Source: Blastocatellia bacterium
GTDB lineage: Bacteria; Acidobacteriota; Blastocatellia; UBA7656
Direction of reading: 5' to 3'
Length of the DNA: 64,000 nucleotides
NCBI GenBank assembly: GCA_035315885.1
Contig: DATFXM010000030.1
Coordinates: forward strand, 38,619-102,618
Each line of letters begins with the position of its first letter. Positions within the stretch are counted from its first letter, which is position 1. Positions 38,201-45,583 of the stretch are shown in pieces. The notes under the pieces are model-generated. The model did no database searches, had not been told where the DNA came from, and saw only the letters and a list, made by a program, of their open reading frames with translations. Position numbers and translations under genes: made by a program.

Positions 38201-38404
38201 GGCCGCCCTGGTCACTGGGGGTTGCAAGGTATGCGAGAACGCTCCGACAGGATAGGTGCACAATTGAAGATATGGAGCGGCTATGAAACCGGAACCGAGA
38301 TTGAGCTGATAGTCCCGGGAGCCGCGGCTTATAGCGCGGTGAGTGCCGGGCCGAGGAATTCCTTGTTCCGCAGATCTTCCGGCAGCAATGGTGATCCACG
38401 ATGA
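35294..38404 (+). CDS. Sensor histidine kinase, tandem paralog of 32174..35272 (beta-propeller/Y_Y_Y + HisKA_3 + HATPase_c)
   Basis: 1036 aa, same architecture. The C-terminal ~330 nt (37260-37620) is ~95% identical at nucleotide level to 34140-34500. The 4-nt overlap with the downstream response-regulator gene indicates an operon. Confidence 0.8.
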   Translation: MSRMANVERRGRFLFGPSILGWMLLGWMLLASSPPAFALNPALDVSQYAHTSWKNREGFSKGRIDAIAQTRDGYLWLGTEFGLLRFDGVRVVRWEPPADQHLPSSVIINLLAGSDGSLWIGTDKGLASLKDGRVTLYSQVGEEFVFALLEDRDGAVWVGSYSFDAVLKKNLFVIHNGSIESLGEGRSVGAGVLNLYEDKRGFIWASGSGGIWRLKPGPPEFFQVPGFVPGKQILAEDFDGALLIGTEVGIKRLIDGKIQAYVLPDFAQPLRALTVFRDRDGGLWIGTPNRGITHVHQGRTDVFAASDGLSSDFVSSFFEDSEGNIWVATLNGLDRFREFAVPAFTRKQGLSSYEDLSSVLVVRDGSLLVAAGDGLNRWNNGQFTAVGAGTRRLDVPRSLFQDSHGRIWAVSIDQFGYLENDRFIAITGIPAGVVRGIVEDAAGDLWIANQNLGLFHLRGSQIIEQIPWIKFGHRDFAASLAFDPVRGGVWIGFFKGGLTYFKDGSVQSSYSTDNGLGKGLVNDLRVDSDGALFVATEGGLSRLKNNHFATLTNSNGLPCDTIHWLIEDDDHSLWLNTTCGLVRITRVEWDRWAAAADTGEDTKVKVQATVFDMSDGVSSRSYPIGFVPQVAKSKDGKLWFPSYDGVSVVDPRHLPFNNLLPLVHVEQLIANHQTYDTTLDVGRVRLPSLIRDLEIDYTALSLVAPEKVFFRYKLEGFDQDWQDAGSRRQAFYTNLPPRSYRFRVMACNNCGVWNEVGTFLDFSIAPAYYQTIWFRLACVAAFLVMLAAVYKLRVRQVARTVQGRMEGRLDERERIARDLHDTLLQSVQGLILKIHAIAKRTRDEGSRDDLEKALDRADEVLAEGRDRVRSLRGAMDSLCDLPAAFKRVAEDNQPSRRVTFKTVVEGSSRELHPLVLEESFCIGREAVINALTHSKGHHVEVEITYEPKQFRLRVRDDGHGFDPKILEDGGRPGHWGLQGMRERSDRIGAQLKIWSGYETGTEIELIVPGAAAYSAVSAGPRNSLFRRSSGSNGDPR

Positions 38405-39030
38405 CCGACAAAAATACCATTAGAATTCTCACCGTAGATGACCACCCCTTGTTGCGAGAAGGAATCGCCGCCGTCCTCTCGAGCGAGGTGGATATGGCAC
38501 TGATCGCCGAAGCCAGCACTGGAATGGAGGCCATCGAGCAATTCCGTACTCATCGGCCAGATATAACTCTGATGGACTTGCAGTTGCCACTATTGAACGG
38601 CATCGAGGCAATTGTGGCCATTCGGAAGGAGTTTCCGGACGCGCGCATCATCGTCCTGACCACCTACGCCGGTGACGCACAGGCGGTCCGCGCATTCAAC
38701 GCCGGGGCTTCTGGATACCTGCTGAAGAACATGCTCCGCAAGGAACTGGTGGAGACCATTCGAAGCGTGCATTGCGGCAAGAAACGCATTCCTCCCGAAA
38801 TCGCGGTTGAAATGGCCGAACACCACGCCGACGATTCATTGACCGAACGCGAAATCGACGTCCTGCGAGAAGTGGCCGCCGGCAACGCAAACAAGATAGC
38901 CGCCGACCACCTCGGCATTTCAGAAGAGACCGTAAAAGCTCACATGAAGAGCATTCTCTCAAAACTCGGCGCCAACGATCGTACTCACGCGGTCACCATA
39001 GCGTTGAAGCGGGGAATAATTGAGATCTAG
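38401..39030 (+). CDS. NarL/FixJ (LuxR-type) response regulator
   Basis: REC domain (LTVDDHPLLREG...DITLMDLQLP) plus LuxR HTH (SLTEREIDVLREVAAGNANKIAADHLGISEETVKAHMKSIL). Confidence 0.85.
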   Translation: MTDKNTIRILTVDDHPLLREGIAAVLSSEVDMALIAEASTGMEAIEQFRTHRPDITLMDLQLPLLNGIEAIVAIRKEFPDARIIVLTTYAGDAQAVRAFNAGASGYLLKNMLRKELVETIRSVHCGKKRIPPEIAVEMAEHHADDSLTEREIDVLREVAAGNANKIAADHLGISEETVKAHMKSILSKLGANDRTHAVTIALKRGIIEI

Positions 39031-39039
39031 TGCTGTCGG

Positions 39040-39666
39040 TTGAACAAGCCGGTTATAGATGATATAGATCATCCCTTAGTTCCCATGCGATACAGTAGCG
39101 AACACAAGCGACAGACTCGCGAGCGAATCGTGCGCGCCGCCTCCCGACAGTTTCGCGCCAAGGGGGGGAAAGGACTCGCGATCGGCGATCTGATGGAAAA
39201 GCTGGATCTGACTCACGGAGGGTTTTATCGGCATTTCGGCAGTAAAGACCAGTTGTTCGCGGAGGCGTTGGAAAGAGGCTTTGAAGAAGCCGCGGCGCGG
39301 CTCGGAAAGGGTATCGAGGCGGCGCCACCCGGGTCAGAGCTCAAGAGGATAATCGAGCGCTATCTGAGCGCGGAGCACTGCGCGAACGCAGCCGATGGCT
39401 GTCCGTTTGCAGCAATGATGTCGGAGATGAGTCGTTATCCACGAGGCCTGCGAGTAAGAATCGAACGCGCGATGCGCGCGCATTTCAAAAAGATTGCGAA
39501 ATTCTTGCCGGGAGCAACTGGGCGGGAACGTGGGCAAAACTGCCTGATACTGTTTTCGGGGATGGCCGGTGCGTTGAACGTGGCACGAGCCGCTGCGAAC
39601 CCGGAACATCGCGACGCAATCCTCCGGTCAGCACGGGCGTTCTACATTAAAGCGTTCTGCGAGTGA
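39040..39666 (+). CDS. TetR/AcrR-family transcriptional regulator (start uncertain; may begin at internal ATG 39085)
   Basis: TetR_N HTH (RERIVRAASRQFRAKGGKGLAIGDLMEKLDLTHGGFYRHFGSKDQL). Confidence 0.7.
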   Translation: MNKPVIDDIDHPLVPMRYSSEHKRQTRERIVRAASRQFRAKGGKGLAIGDLMEKLDLTHGGFYRHFGSKDQLFAEALERGFEEAAARLGKGIEAAPPGSELKRIIERYLSAEHCANAADGCPFAAMMSEMSRYPRGLRVRIERAMRAHFKKIAKFLPGATGRERGQNCLILFSGMAGALNVARAAANPEHRDAILRSARAFYIKAFCE

Positions 39667-39795
39667 AACATTCTCCCTTTTTTTGCCGTTATGGGATGAT
39701 GAGCATCATCTCATGCCGCCAATTGTGCATTGGGTCGATACGGAACCCCTGCTGTTCCTGATCGTGGGGTTTGATTAATCCAAAGGGAGGCCGCA

Positions 39796-40887
39796 GTGAA
39801 CTTCCTTGCAGCCGGGACGCAAGCCGAGAACTGGCCTTGGACATTAGGTCTCATTATCACCGGTAGCACACCTTCTTGTCGCCCCTCCTTCCGTGAGGTG
39901 CGGGTTTTGGCTTTTCTTGCAGTGTCGGCTCTCGGCTTGCTAGTCGTGCCCGCTGCTGCACAAACGAATAGTTCCGCGGACTCACACCTGAAGCGCGGCA
40001 TTCAGCGATATAACGCACGTGACTTTAAGTCAGCCATCGAGGACTTTAGTGAAGCGATCGCGATCAACTCGGGATTTTCAAAGCGGCGCACGGCGGGACG
40101 CAGCGGCTTAAACTACAGCGAAGATCGCGAGCTCGACGGCTCGAGTGACCGTATTGTCGTTACAGATGCATTCAACGCAGTGGCTTACTACAATCGCGGG
40201 ATAGCATGGAGTGCCGTAAGCGACTTTGATCACGCCATTGCAGATTTCGATAATGCCATTCGCATCAACCCTCGTTATACGGATGCTTTTCTGAGGCGGG
40301 GGAATGCGTGGCATTCGAAGGGAAGCATCGACCGGGCGATCGCGGACTACAATCGAGCAATCGAGCTGGACCCGCGCTCTGCATATGCCTACAACAATCG
40401 CGGCATCGCACGGAAAGACCTGCAGGATATGGCCGGCGCGATCAGCGATTTCAATGAGACTCTCACCCTCAACCCTGACCTCACTCAGGCTTACATCAAT
40501 CGCGGGGCCACCCTCTGCGCAGTCGGCGACCTGAAGAGAGCAATGGACGATGTCAATCACGCGATTGCCAACGAACCACAAAATTCCATGGCGTACAACA
40601 ACCGTGGTGCGATTCGGCAAGCCGGAGGGGAATACACGGGTGCGCTGGCCGACTACGACAAAGCAATCCTGCTCGATCCGGAGAATGTCCTGGCTTATGC
40701 TAATCGAGGTCTCTTGCGCATTCGGCAGGGAAACGTCGCGGAAGGTGAACGCGACCTCAATCGCGCGTTGAAGCTTTGCCCTGGTTTGAAATCGACTATT
40801 GAACATCTCCTCCGACGCGATAACGATAAAGAACCGCAGCCAACCATTCCATCTCCGGATGAGGTGGAACTTCTTCTTCAGTCTTGA
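39796..40887 (+). CDS. Secreted tetratricopeptide-repeat protein
   Basis: About 8 TPR units (AYYNRGIAW, AFLRRGNAW, AYNNRGIAR, AYINRGATL, AYNNRGAIR, AYANRGLLR). A signal-like segment (VLAFLAVSALGLLVVPAAAQ) suggests the true start is a GTG near residue 35. Confidence 0.65.
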   Translation: MNFLAAGTQAENWPWTLGLIITGSTPSCRPSFREVRVLAFLAVSALGLLVVPAAAQTNSSADSHLKRGIQRYNARDFKSAIEDFSEAIAINSGFSKRRTAGRSGLNYSEDRELDGSSDRIVVTDAFNAVAYYNRGIAWSAVSDFDHAIADFDNAIRINPRYTDAFLRRGNAWHSKGSIDRAIADYNRAIELDPRSAYAYNNRGIARKDLQDMAGAISDFNETLTLNPDLTQAYINRGATLCAVGDLKRAMDDVNHAIANEPQNSMAYNNRGAIRQAGGEYTGALADYDKAILLDPENVLAYANRGLLRIRQGNVAEGERDLNRALKLCPGLKSTIEHLLRRDNDKEPQPTIPSPDEVELLLQS

Positions 40888-40971
40888 GGCTTGTCCAGAC
40901 ACACCCTTATCGGTGACGGAGCTGGTTCAAGCGAATTAATAACTGCTACTAAGGATATTGAAGGGAGAATC

Positions 40972-41436
40972 ATGGAACAAAAACCAACGAACGAACAAGC
41001 ACAACTACATCTGCAAGTCTATGATTTGCGCCGCGAGGAACGCCTCCGCCAGGCGCGCGATTGGTTCCAACGGAACTACGTCGTCGAGACAATCGACGAC
41101 TCTAACCGTATTGCGCCGCCCGGAACCGAAACCGGAAACTTCGTTGGAATGGTGATCGGCTACTGGGAACAAGCGTGCGCGCTGCTCAACTACGGCCTGC
41201 TCCACGAGGACCTCTTTTTCTCGACCAGCGGCGAGTTCTTTGGTGTCTGGGAAGCGCTAAAGCCGGTGGTCCCTCAGTTTCGCGAGCAGTTTGCGAATCC
41301 GAACCTGCTCTCTAATTTAGAACGAGCTGCCCAGCGCTTCGAAGCCTGGTCAGCGCAACGGTCTCCTGGTCATATTGCTGCAATGCGGCAAATCCTGCAC
41401 CAGCGGCGGTCTCAACTTAAAGCGGCAGGCGCCTGA
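40972..41436 (+). CDS. Hypothetical protein (154 aa)
   Basis: Internal ATG 40972 has GGGAGAA 4 nt upstream. No recognisable motif. Confidence 0.4.
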   Translation: MEQKPTNEQAQLHLQVYDLRREERLRQARDWFQRNYVVETIDDSNRIAPPGTETGNFVGMVIGYWEQACALLNYGLLHEDLFFSTSGEFFGVWEALKPVVPQFREQFANPNLLSNLERAAQRFEAWSAQRSPGHIAAMRQILHQRRSQLKAAGA

Positions 41437-41441
41437 TTCAA

Positions 41442-41640
41442 AGGAGCGAAGGGGCGACTCCGAGGACGCGGGGAGGAGAGACACGGGGACACGGGGACGC
41501 CCGTAAGCAAGGTCATCGAATGGCGAAAGGTTAGGTTCGTAGAGAGGGTTGTCCCCGCATCTGCGCATTTTCCGCATACACGCATCCGTCCCCGCGTCTC
41601 TCCGCTCCGCCTCGCCCCTTTGCCCCTTCGCCCCTTGGCG
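41442..41640. repeat. Long imperfect inverted repeat with ~55-nt arms (41446-41500 vs 41582-41640), rich in GGGGA/CCCCG tracts, between convergent genes
   Basis: The left arm ...GCGAAGGGGCGA...GAGAGACACGGGGACACGGGGACGC pairs with the right arm GCATCCGTCCCCGCGTCTCTC...TCGCCCCTTTGCCCCTTCGCC. The loop contains three CCGCAT repeats. Confidence 0.4.
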
Positions 41641-42894
41641 TCATCCCCTCATACAGGCGGCGATGCGACCTTCAAGGAAAGTACGCTCCATAGGATTGCG
41701 GGCGTGTGAAAGGGCTGCCTGAAAGTGTTCGCGAGCGGTTTGGTGGTTGCCCCGACGAAGCTCGAGTTCGCCGAGCGCCGCCGAATAGAACGGATATGAG
41801 GCGAGGCGCTCGCTGTCGGTTACAGCGTAGATCTCTTCTAACCCTCGCTCAGGACCCTCATTCTGTGCCACCGCGATGGCGCGGTTTAGTGCGACGATGG
41901 GAGAAGGATGTATGGCCATCAAGGTGTCGTAGAGTGAAACGATTAATTTCCAATCCGTATCCTCGACTCGTTGGGCACGTGAGTGAACGTCGGCGATCGC
42001 CGCTTCGACGTGATATGACGTGAGCTGTGAACCGGTTGCCGAGAGGTCCAGGAGCCGGTGTCCTTCAATCACCAGCCCTCGATTCCATTGTGATCGATCT
42101 TGATCGAATAGCGTCGCAAGGTTGCCGGACGCATCGATTCGAGCCGGCAGTCGCGCCGCGTTGAGACACATAAGCGCGGCTAGCGCATAAGTAGCCGGCG
42201 TCCGGCCGAGCGGCGCATCCAGGAGGATCGCGGTAAGCCTCATTGCTTCCTGACAGAGTTCCGCGCGTACCGCGGTCTCCGCGGAGGCGCCGTGATATCC
42301 CTCGTTGAATAGCAAGTACAGAGCGCGCTGTACGCTGGGCAGTCGCGAGGAGAACTCCGCGTCATTCCCAACGTCAAAGAGTCTGTTTGATTGGGCGAGT
42401 ACCTTCTTGGCGCGCGTTATTCGCTTTTCGATCGCCGCGTGACTGCTGACAAACGCGCCCGCGATTTCGTCGACCGTAAAGCCGCACAGGATGTGTAGCA
42501 TCAGCGCAACGTGTGACTCTTCGCGCAGCCGTGAATGGCAACACGAGAACATCATGCGAAGCTGGTCGTCTTTGATCGCGTGTTCCTCAAATTGTTCCTC
42601 AATTGTCGGAGCCAGGGTCCATTCGCTTTCCAGTAGCCGCCCCAGCTCGGGTGCAAAGGTGCGCGCGGTTCGCTCGCGCCGCAGAACGTCGAGCGCGCGG
42701 TTCTTGGCAGTAGCCATTAACCAGGCAGACGGATTCTCGGGCACCCCACGGAATTTCCACACTTCCAACGCGCGGCAGAAGGCGTCTTGTACGACGTCTT
42801 CTGCCAACGCGAGATTGTGGACTCCAAAGATGCGAGTCAGCGTCGCGATCATGCGGCCGGCTTCACGCCGAAACAGATGATCACTTGGCTCCAT
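41641..42894 (-). CDS. ECF-type RNA polymerase sigma factor with a ~230-aa C-terminal extension
   Basis: Sigma-70 region 2 (LAEDVVQDAFCRALEVW) and region 4 (LCGFTVDEIAGAFVSSHAAIEKRITRAKKVL), followed by a helical extension. Immediately adjacent to a YciI-like/DGPF gene, a known conserved pairing. Confidence 0.75.
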   Translation of the reverse strand: MEPSDHLFRREAGRMIATLTRIFGVHNLALAEDVVQDAFCRALEVWKFRGVPENPSAWLMATAKNRALDVLRRERTARTFAPELGRLLESEWTLAPTIEEQFEEHAIKDDQLRMMFSCCHSRLREESHVALMLHILCGFTVDEIAGAFVSSHAAIEKRITRAKKVLAQSNRLFDVGNDAEFSSRLPSVQRALYLLFNEGYHGASAETAVRAELCQEAMRLTAILLDAPLGRTPATYALAALMCLNAARLPARIDASGNLATLFDQDRSQWNRGLVIEGHRLLDLSATGSQLTSYHVEAAIADVHSRAQRVEDTDWKLIVSLYDTLMAIHPSPIVALNRAIAVAQNEGPERGLEEIYAVTDSERLASYPFYSAALGELELRRGNHQTAREHFQAALSHARNPMERTFLEGRIAACMRG

Positions 42895-43235
42895 CAGAGG
42901 TTCAGCTTCATCACTGGACGTACTTCTACCGCACCTTCGTTTTCGAAAATTGGGCAGCCTTTCGAAATCTCGATCGCTTGATCCAGATCGCGGGCCTCGA
43001 TGAGACTGTACCCGCCCACGACGTCTTTGGCCTCCGCGAAAGGTCCGTCGATTATTATCTTCTGATTGCCCTTAACAAGCTTGCCCGCGCGTTCCAGAGG
43101 ATGTCCCTGGTCCTTCACGTGACCTTTCTCATTCAGGTCCCGGAACCAGGCCATCCATTTCTGCATCATCTGCTGAGCTTTCTCAGGTGATCTACCGGCT
43201 TCGCCACCGCGATAAAGAAACACGAATTCACTCAT
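42894..43235 (-). CDS. YciI-like / DGPF-domain protein (start at ATG 43235, MSEFVFLY...)
   Basis: AGGAAAGGAA lies upstream of ATG 43235. Motifs FVFLYRGGE and IIIDGPFAEAKD are present. The stop abuts the sigma factor stop. Confidence 0.7.
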   Translation of the reverse strand: MSEFVFLYRGGEAGRSPEKAQQMMQKWMAWFRDLNEKGHVKDQGHPLERAGKLVKGNQKIIIDGPFAEAKDVVGGYSLIEARDLDQAIEISKGCPIFENEGAVEVRPVMKLNL

Positions 43236-43431
43236 GACAATTTCCTTTCCTCTCATACTAGTTTTAACACGCAACCCTAATACGTTTGACCAAAGCGGCA
43301 CCGGACAAAATTATTTGGACCAACCGTGAAAGCGTGGAACGATGAACGAATCATTGGTCTGGGTTGGACTCCCGGTGCACAAATCGACAAAATTATACCT
43401 AACCGGAATGGCAAAGGATGGGCTTGTGGCT

Positions 43432-43800
43432 ATGAAACCGATGCAGGCACTTTCAAGTGACGAGACGCGAGTGCGACGCCGCAACAAGATCATTGATTGT
43501 CCGCTCACCGCTGCGTTGGCCGCGTTCGGCGGCAAGTGGAAAATGATAATTATCTACTGGCTGGCCGAATCGCCGAAGCACTTTGCGGCAATCCAACGAG
43601 CGATGCCTGGCATCTCGCACAAGGTCCTGACTCAGCAACTGCGCCAACTGATGAGCGACGAAATCGTGCAGCGACAACCCAACGGAGCGACGCCCGCGCC
43701 GGTCATCTATTCATTGACTGATTACGGCCAATTGCTGGTGCCACTGGTCGAGAACGTGCGAGTCTGGGGCAGCGGTCACATCCAGCGATTCAGTGACTAG
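43432..43800 (+). CDS. HxlR-family winged-helix transcriptional regulator (start position uncertain)
   Basis: CPLTAALAAFGGKWKMIIIYWL...ISHKVLTQQLRQLMSDEIVQR is typical of HxlR/DUF24. Confidence 0.65.
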   Translation: MKPMQALSSDETRVRRRNKIIDCPLTAALAAFGGKWKMIIIYWLAESPKHFAAIQRAMPGISHKVLTQQLRQLMSDEIVQRQPNGATPAPVIYSLTDYGQLLVPLVENVRVWGSGHIQRFSD

Positions 43801-43873
43801 GCTGTCTGGCTTCGTTGCAAATTTCACTCGTTCGCACGCATCGGCTCGTCGGACAAAATGAGGCTTAATCGCG

Positions 43874-45220
43874 TTACGCGGGAAAACACTTTCCAAAGGC
43901 CAGTAACAATCGCGGCGATCCCTTGATGCGGATCTTTCTGCTCAGCAAAGCCCAAACAAGATTCTTTTCCTTTGCCAGGAAACCCAGCCATGTCTTGCTG
44001 TCCGCGGTGATCACAATATCGGCCTTGCCGTTATGGCCCTCGGTGACTTCCAGTTTTTGATCCTGAATCGTCACGGTTGCCTTGCGCTCCTCTGCTCCAG
44101 TAAAGGTGAAATGATAATTGGCTTTGAGACCCTTCGATTGCCCTCGTTGAAATGACAGTGGCAAGCCAAACAGAAAGGACGAAATCGAGCGCAAGCGATT
44201 CAGACTGTTACCCACACGTTTGATGTGCTTGTTTGGGAAATGATGTGGAACGTATTCTTCCGCGTCGGACTTTGGAATTACGTAGACGGTCTCCTCGAGT
44301 TCCTGTAGTGGCTTCACGACCTCTTTCAAATACTGTGCACGGTTGGTGAGAAATGGCGCCAGAACTTCATCGCCCGCCGGACAAACCCCCATGCAGTAAG
44401 CTGACTTGTAATTAGCGCCGAATGATAGGCTCTGCCACATCGAAGCTGATTCGGGATCGCTTACGCGCCGTCTATAGTCAGCCGCACTCTTACTATCGGC
44501 GATCTGTTCCACCCAATTCGTAAAGCCACCTATGAACTCTCGGTAGTTGTGCGTGTAGCAAGCGGAGAAGTTGAACGACCTGTCTGCACCAATGGCTCCG
44601 ACGGGACACGCCGCTACGCACAGCTTGCATTCAACACACGGGTTGTAATCGAGCGGCTGGTGATACTGGGATATCTCGGCATCGACAAGCACCGTGCCAA
44701 GCAAGATGAAGTTGCCGAACCTCGGATGGATGACATTGCGATGAATGCCCATCTGGCCAAGCCCCGCAGCGACCGCCACCGTTTTATGTGAAACCAGCCA
44801 GAGCTTCCCGGCACCGGCCTGAACCATCTCCATCGGGAAACCCATCGACGGGTTAATGGCTCGAATGCCTCTGGCTTCGAGGGTGGCTACGATTGTGCGC
44901 GCCGTCTCGTTTACTCTGTCGCCGGTGTGATGGAATTCAAGGTTCGCGACCGAACGCGCGGGGTTGTGGATCGGTTCGCGATTGAGTCGCACGACAAAGC
45001 TGATGAGCGACTTCGTATGCGGAAAGAAGCGCAGGATGTCGTCTCGCTCGCGCCCAAGTTCCGCTCGCCCGCAGTCAACAAATCCAACGTCATCAGCGCC
45101 GGCTGCAAGACACATTTCGCGAAGCTCTTGTGCAGCCAGTACCGGCGGCGGTCCCGGTGGGGATGCGGCAGCTCGCTCTCGGAATCTTTTCACGCTGGGA
45201 TGTTCAGCCAGTTGGGACAT
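43874..45220 (-). CDS. 4Fe-4S cluster protein (QueG/RDH-like ferredoxin domain) fused to a C-terminal SCP2 sterol-carrier-like domain
   Basis: Ferredoxin motif CVECKLCVAACPVGAI and a second Cys cluster (AYCMGVCPAGDEV). C-terminus ...KATVTIQDQKLEVTEGHNGKADIVITADSKTWLGFLAKEKNLVWALLSRKIRIKGSPRLLLAFGKCF resembles SCP2. Confidence 0.55.
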   Translation of the reverse strand: MSQLAEHPSVKRFRERAAASPPGPPPVLAAQELREMCLAAGADDVGFVDCGRAELGRERDDILRFFPHTKSLISFVVRLNREPIHNPARSVANLEFHHTGDRVNETARTIVATLEARGIRAINPSMGFPMEMVQAGAGKLWLVSHKTVAVAAGLGQMGIHRNVIHPRFGNFILLGTVLVDAEISQYHQPLDYNPCVECKLCVAACPVGAIGADRSFNFSACYTHNYREFIGGFTNWVEQIADSKSAADYRRRVSDPESASMWQSLSFGANYKSAYCMGVCPAGDEVLAPFLTNRAQYLKEVVKPLQELEETVYVIPKSDAEEYVPHHFPNKHIKRVGNSLNRLRSISSFLFGLPLSFQRGQSKGLKANYHFTFTGAEERKATVTIQDQKLEVTEGHNGKADIVITADSKTWLGFLAKEKNLVWALLSRKIRIKGSPRLLLAFGKCFPA

Positions 45221-45364
45221 TACTCATACCACCTTTCATGACCCAATTCGATCGCCAAGAAGAAACGTTACGGGGCTTTATTCGCGCCCGCAGAACCGAT
45301 CAGCTTCGGTATAGGATAAGGCCCGAATCTCCAAAATGGTAGTACGCACCTTGTGGTTACTATC

Positions 45365-45490
45365 GGTTTAGGGTTTAGGGTTTCGGGTTTAGGGTTCGTC
45401 GGATCTAGACGCGTTTGGCGAGCGATGCTTGAGTATCGATGAGACTGATTGAACGAGCCCTAAACTCTAAACCCGAAACCCTAAACCCGC
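45365..45490. repeat. G-rich heptamer repeat element, copy 1. GGGTTTA/GGGTTTC array plus conserved core GGGTTCGTCGGAT..AGAC, arranged as inverted arms.
   Basis: Left arm GGTTTAGGGTTTAGGGTTTCGGGTTTAGGGTTCGTC. The right arm is its reverse complement (GAACGAGCCCTAAACTCTAAACCCGAAACCCTAAACCCGC). Same family as 60322-60491. Confidence 0.5.
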
Positions 45491-45583
45491 TGTGCGCACT
45501 GCCACAATTATGGATGGCTTGATGACCCTCGGCTTCGGTAGTTATATTGGCTTGTCGTACTGCACTCAAGGCTGAGGCTTCAG

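Noticed and set aside
45361-45490. Possibility that the GGGTTTA heptamer arrays are a CRISPR array or true telomeric sequence
   Set aside because: There are no regular repeat-spacer units of 28-37 nt with unique spacers and no cas genes. The arrays are short, internal to a bacterial gene neighbourhood, and paired with an inverted arm. This is a REP/MITE-like repeat, not CRISPR or a linear-replicon end.
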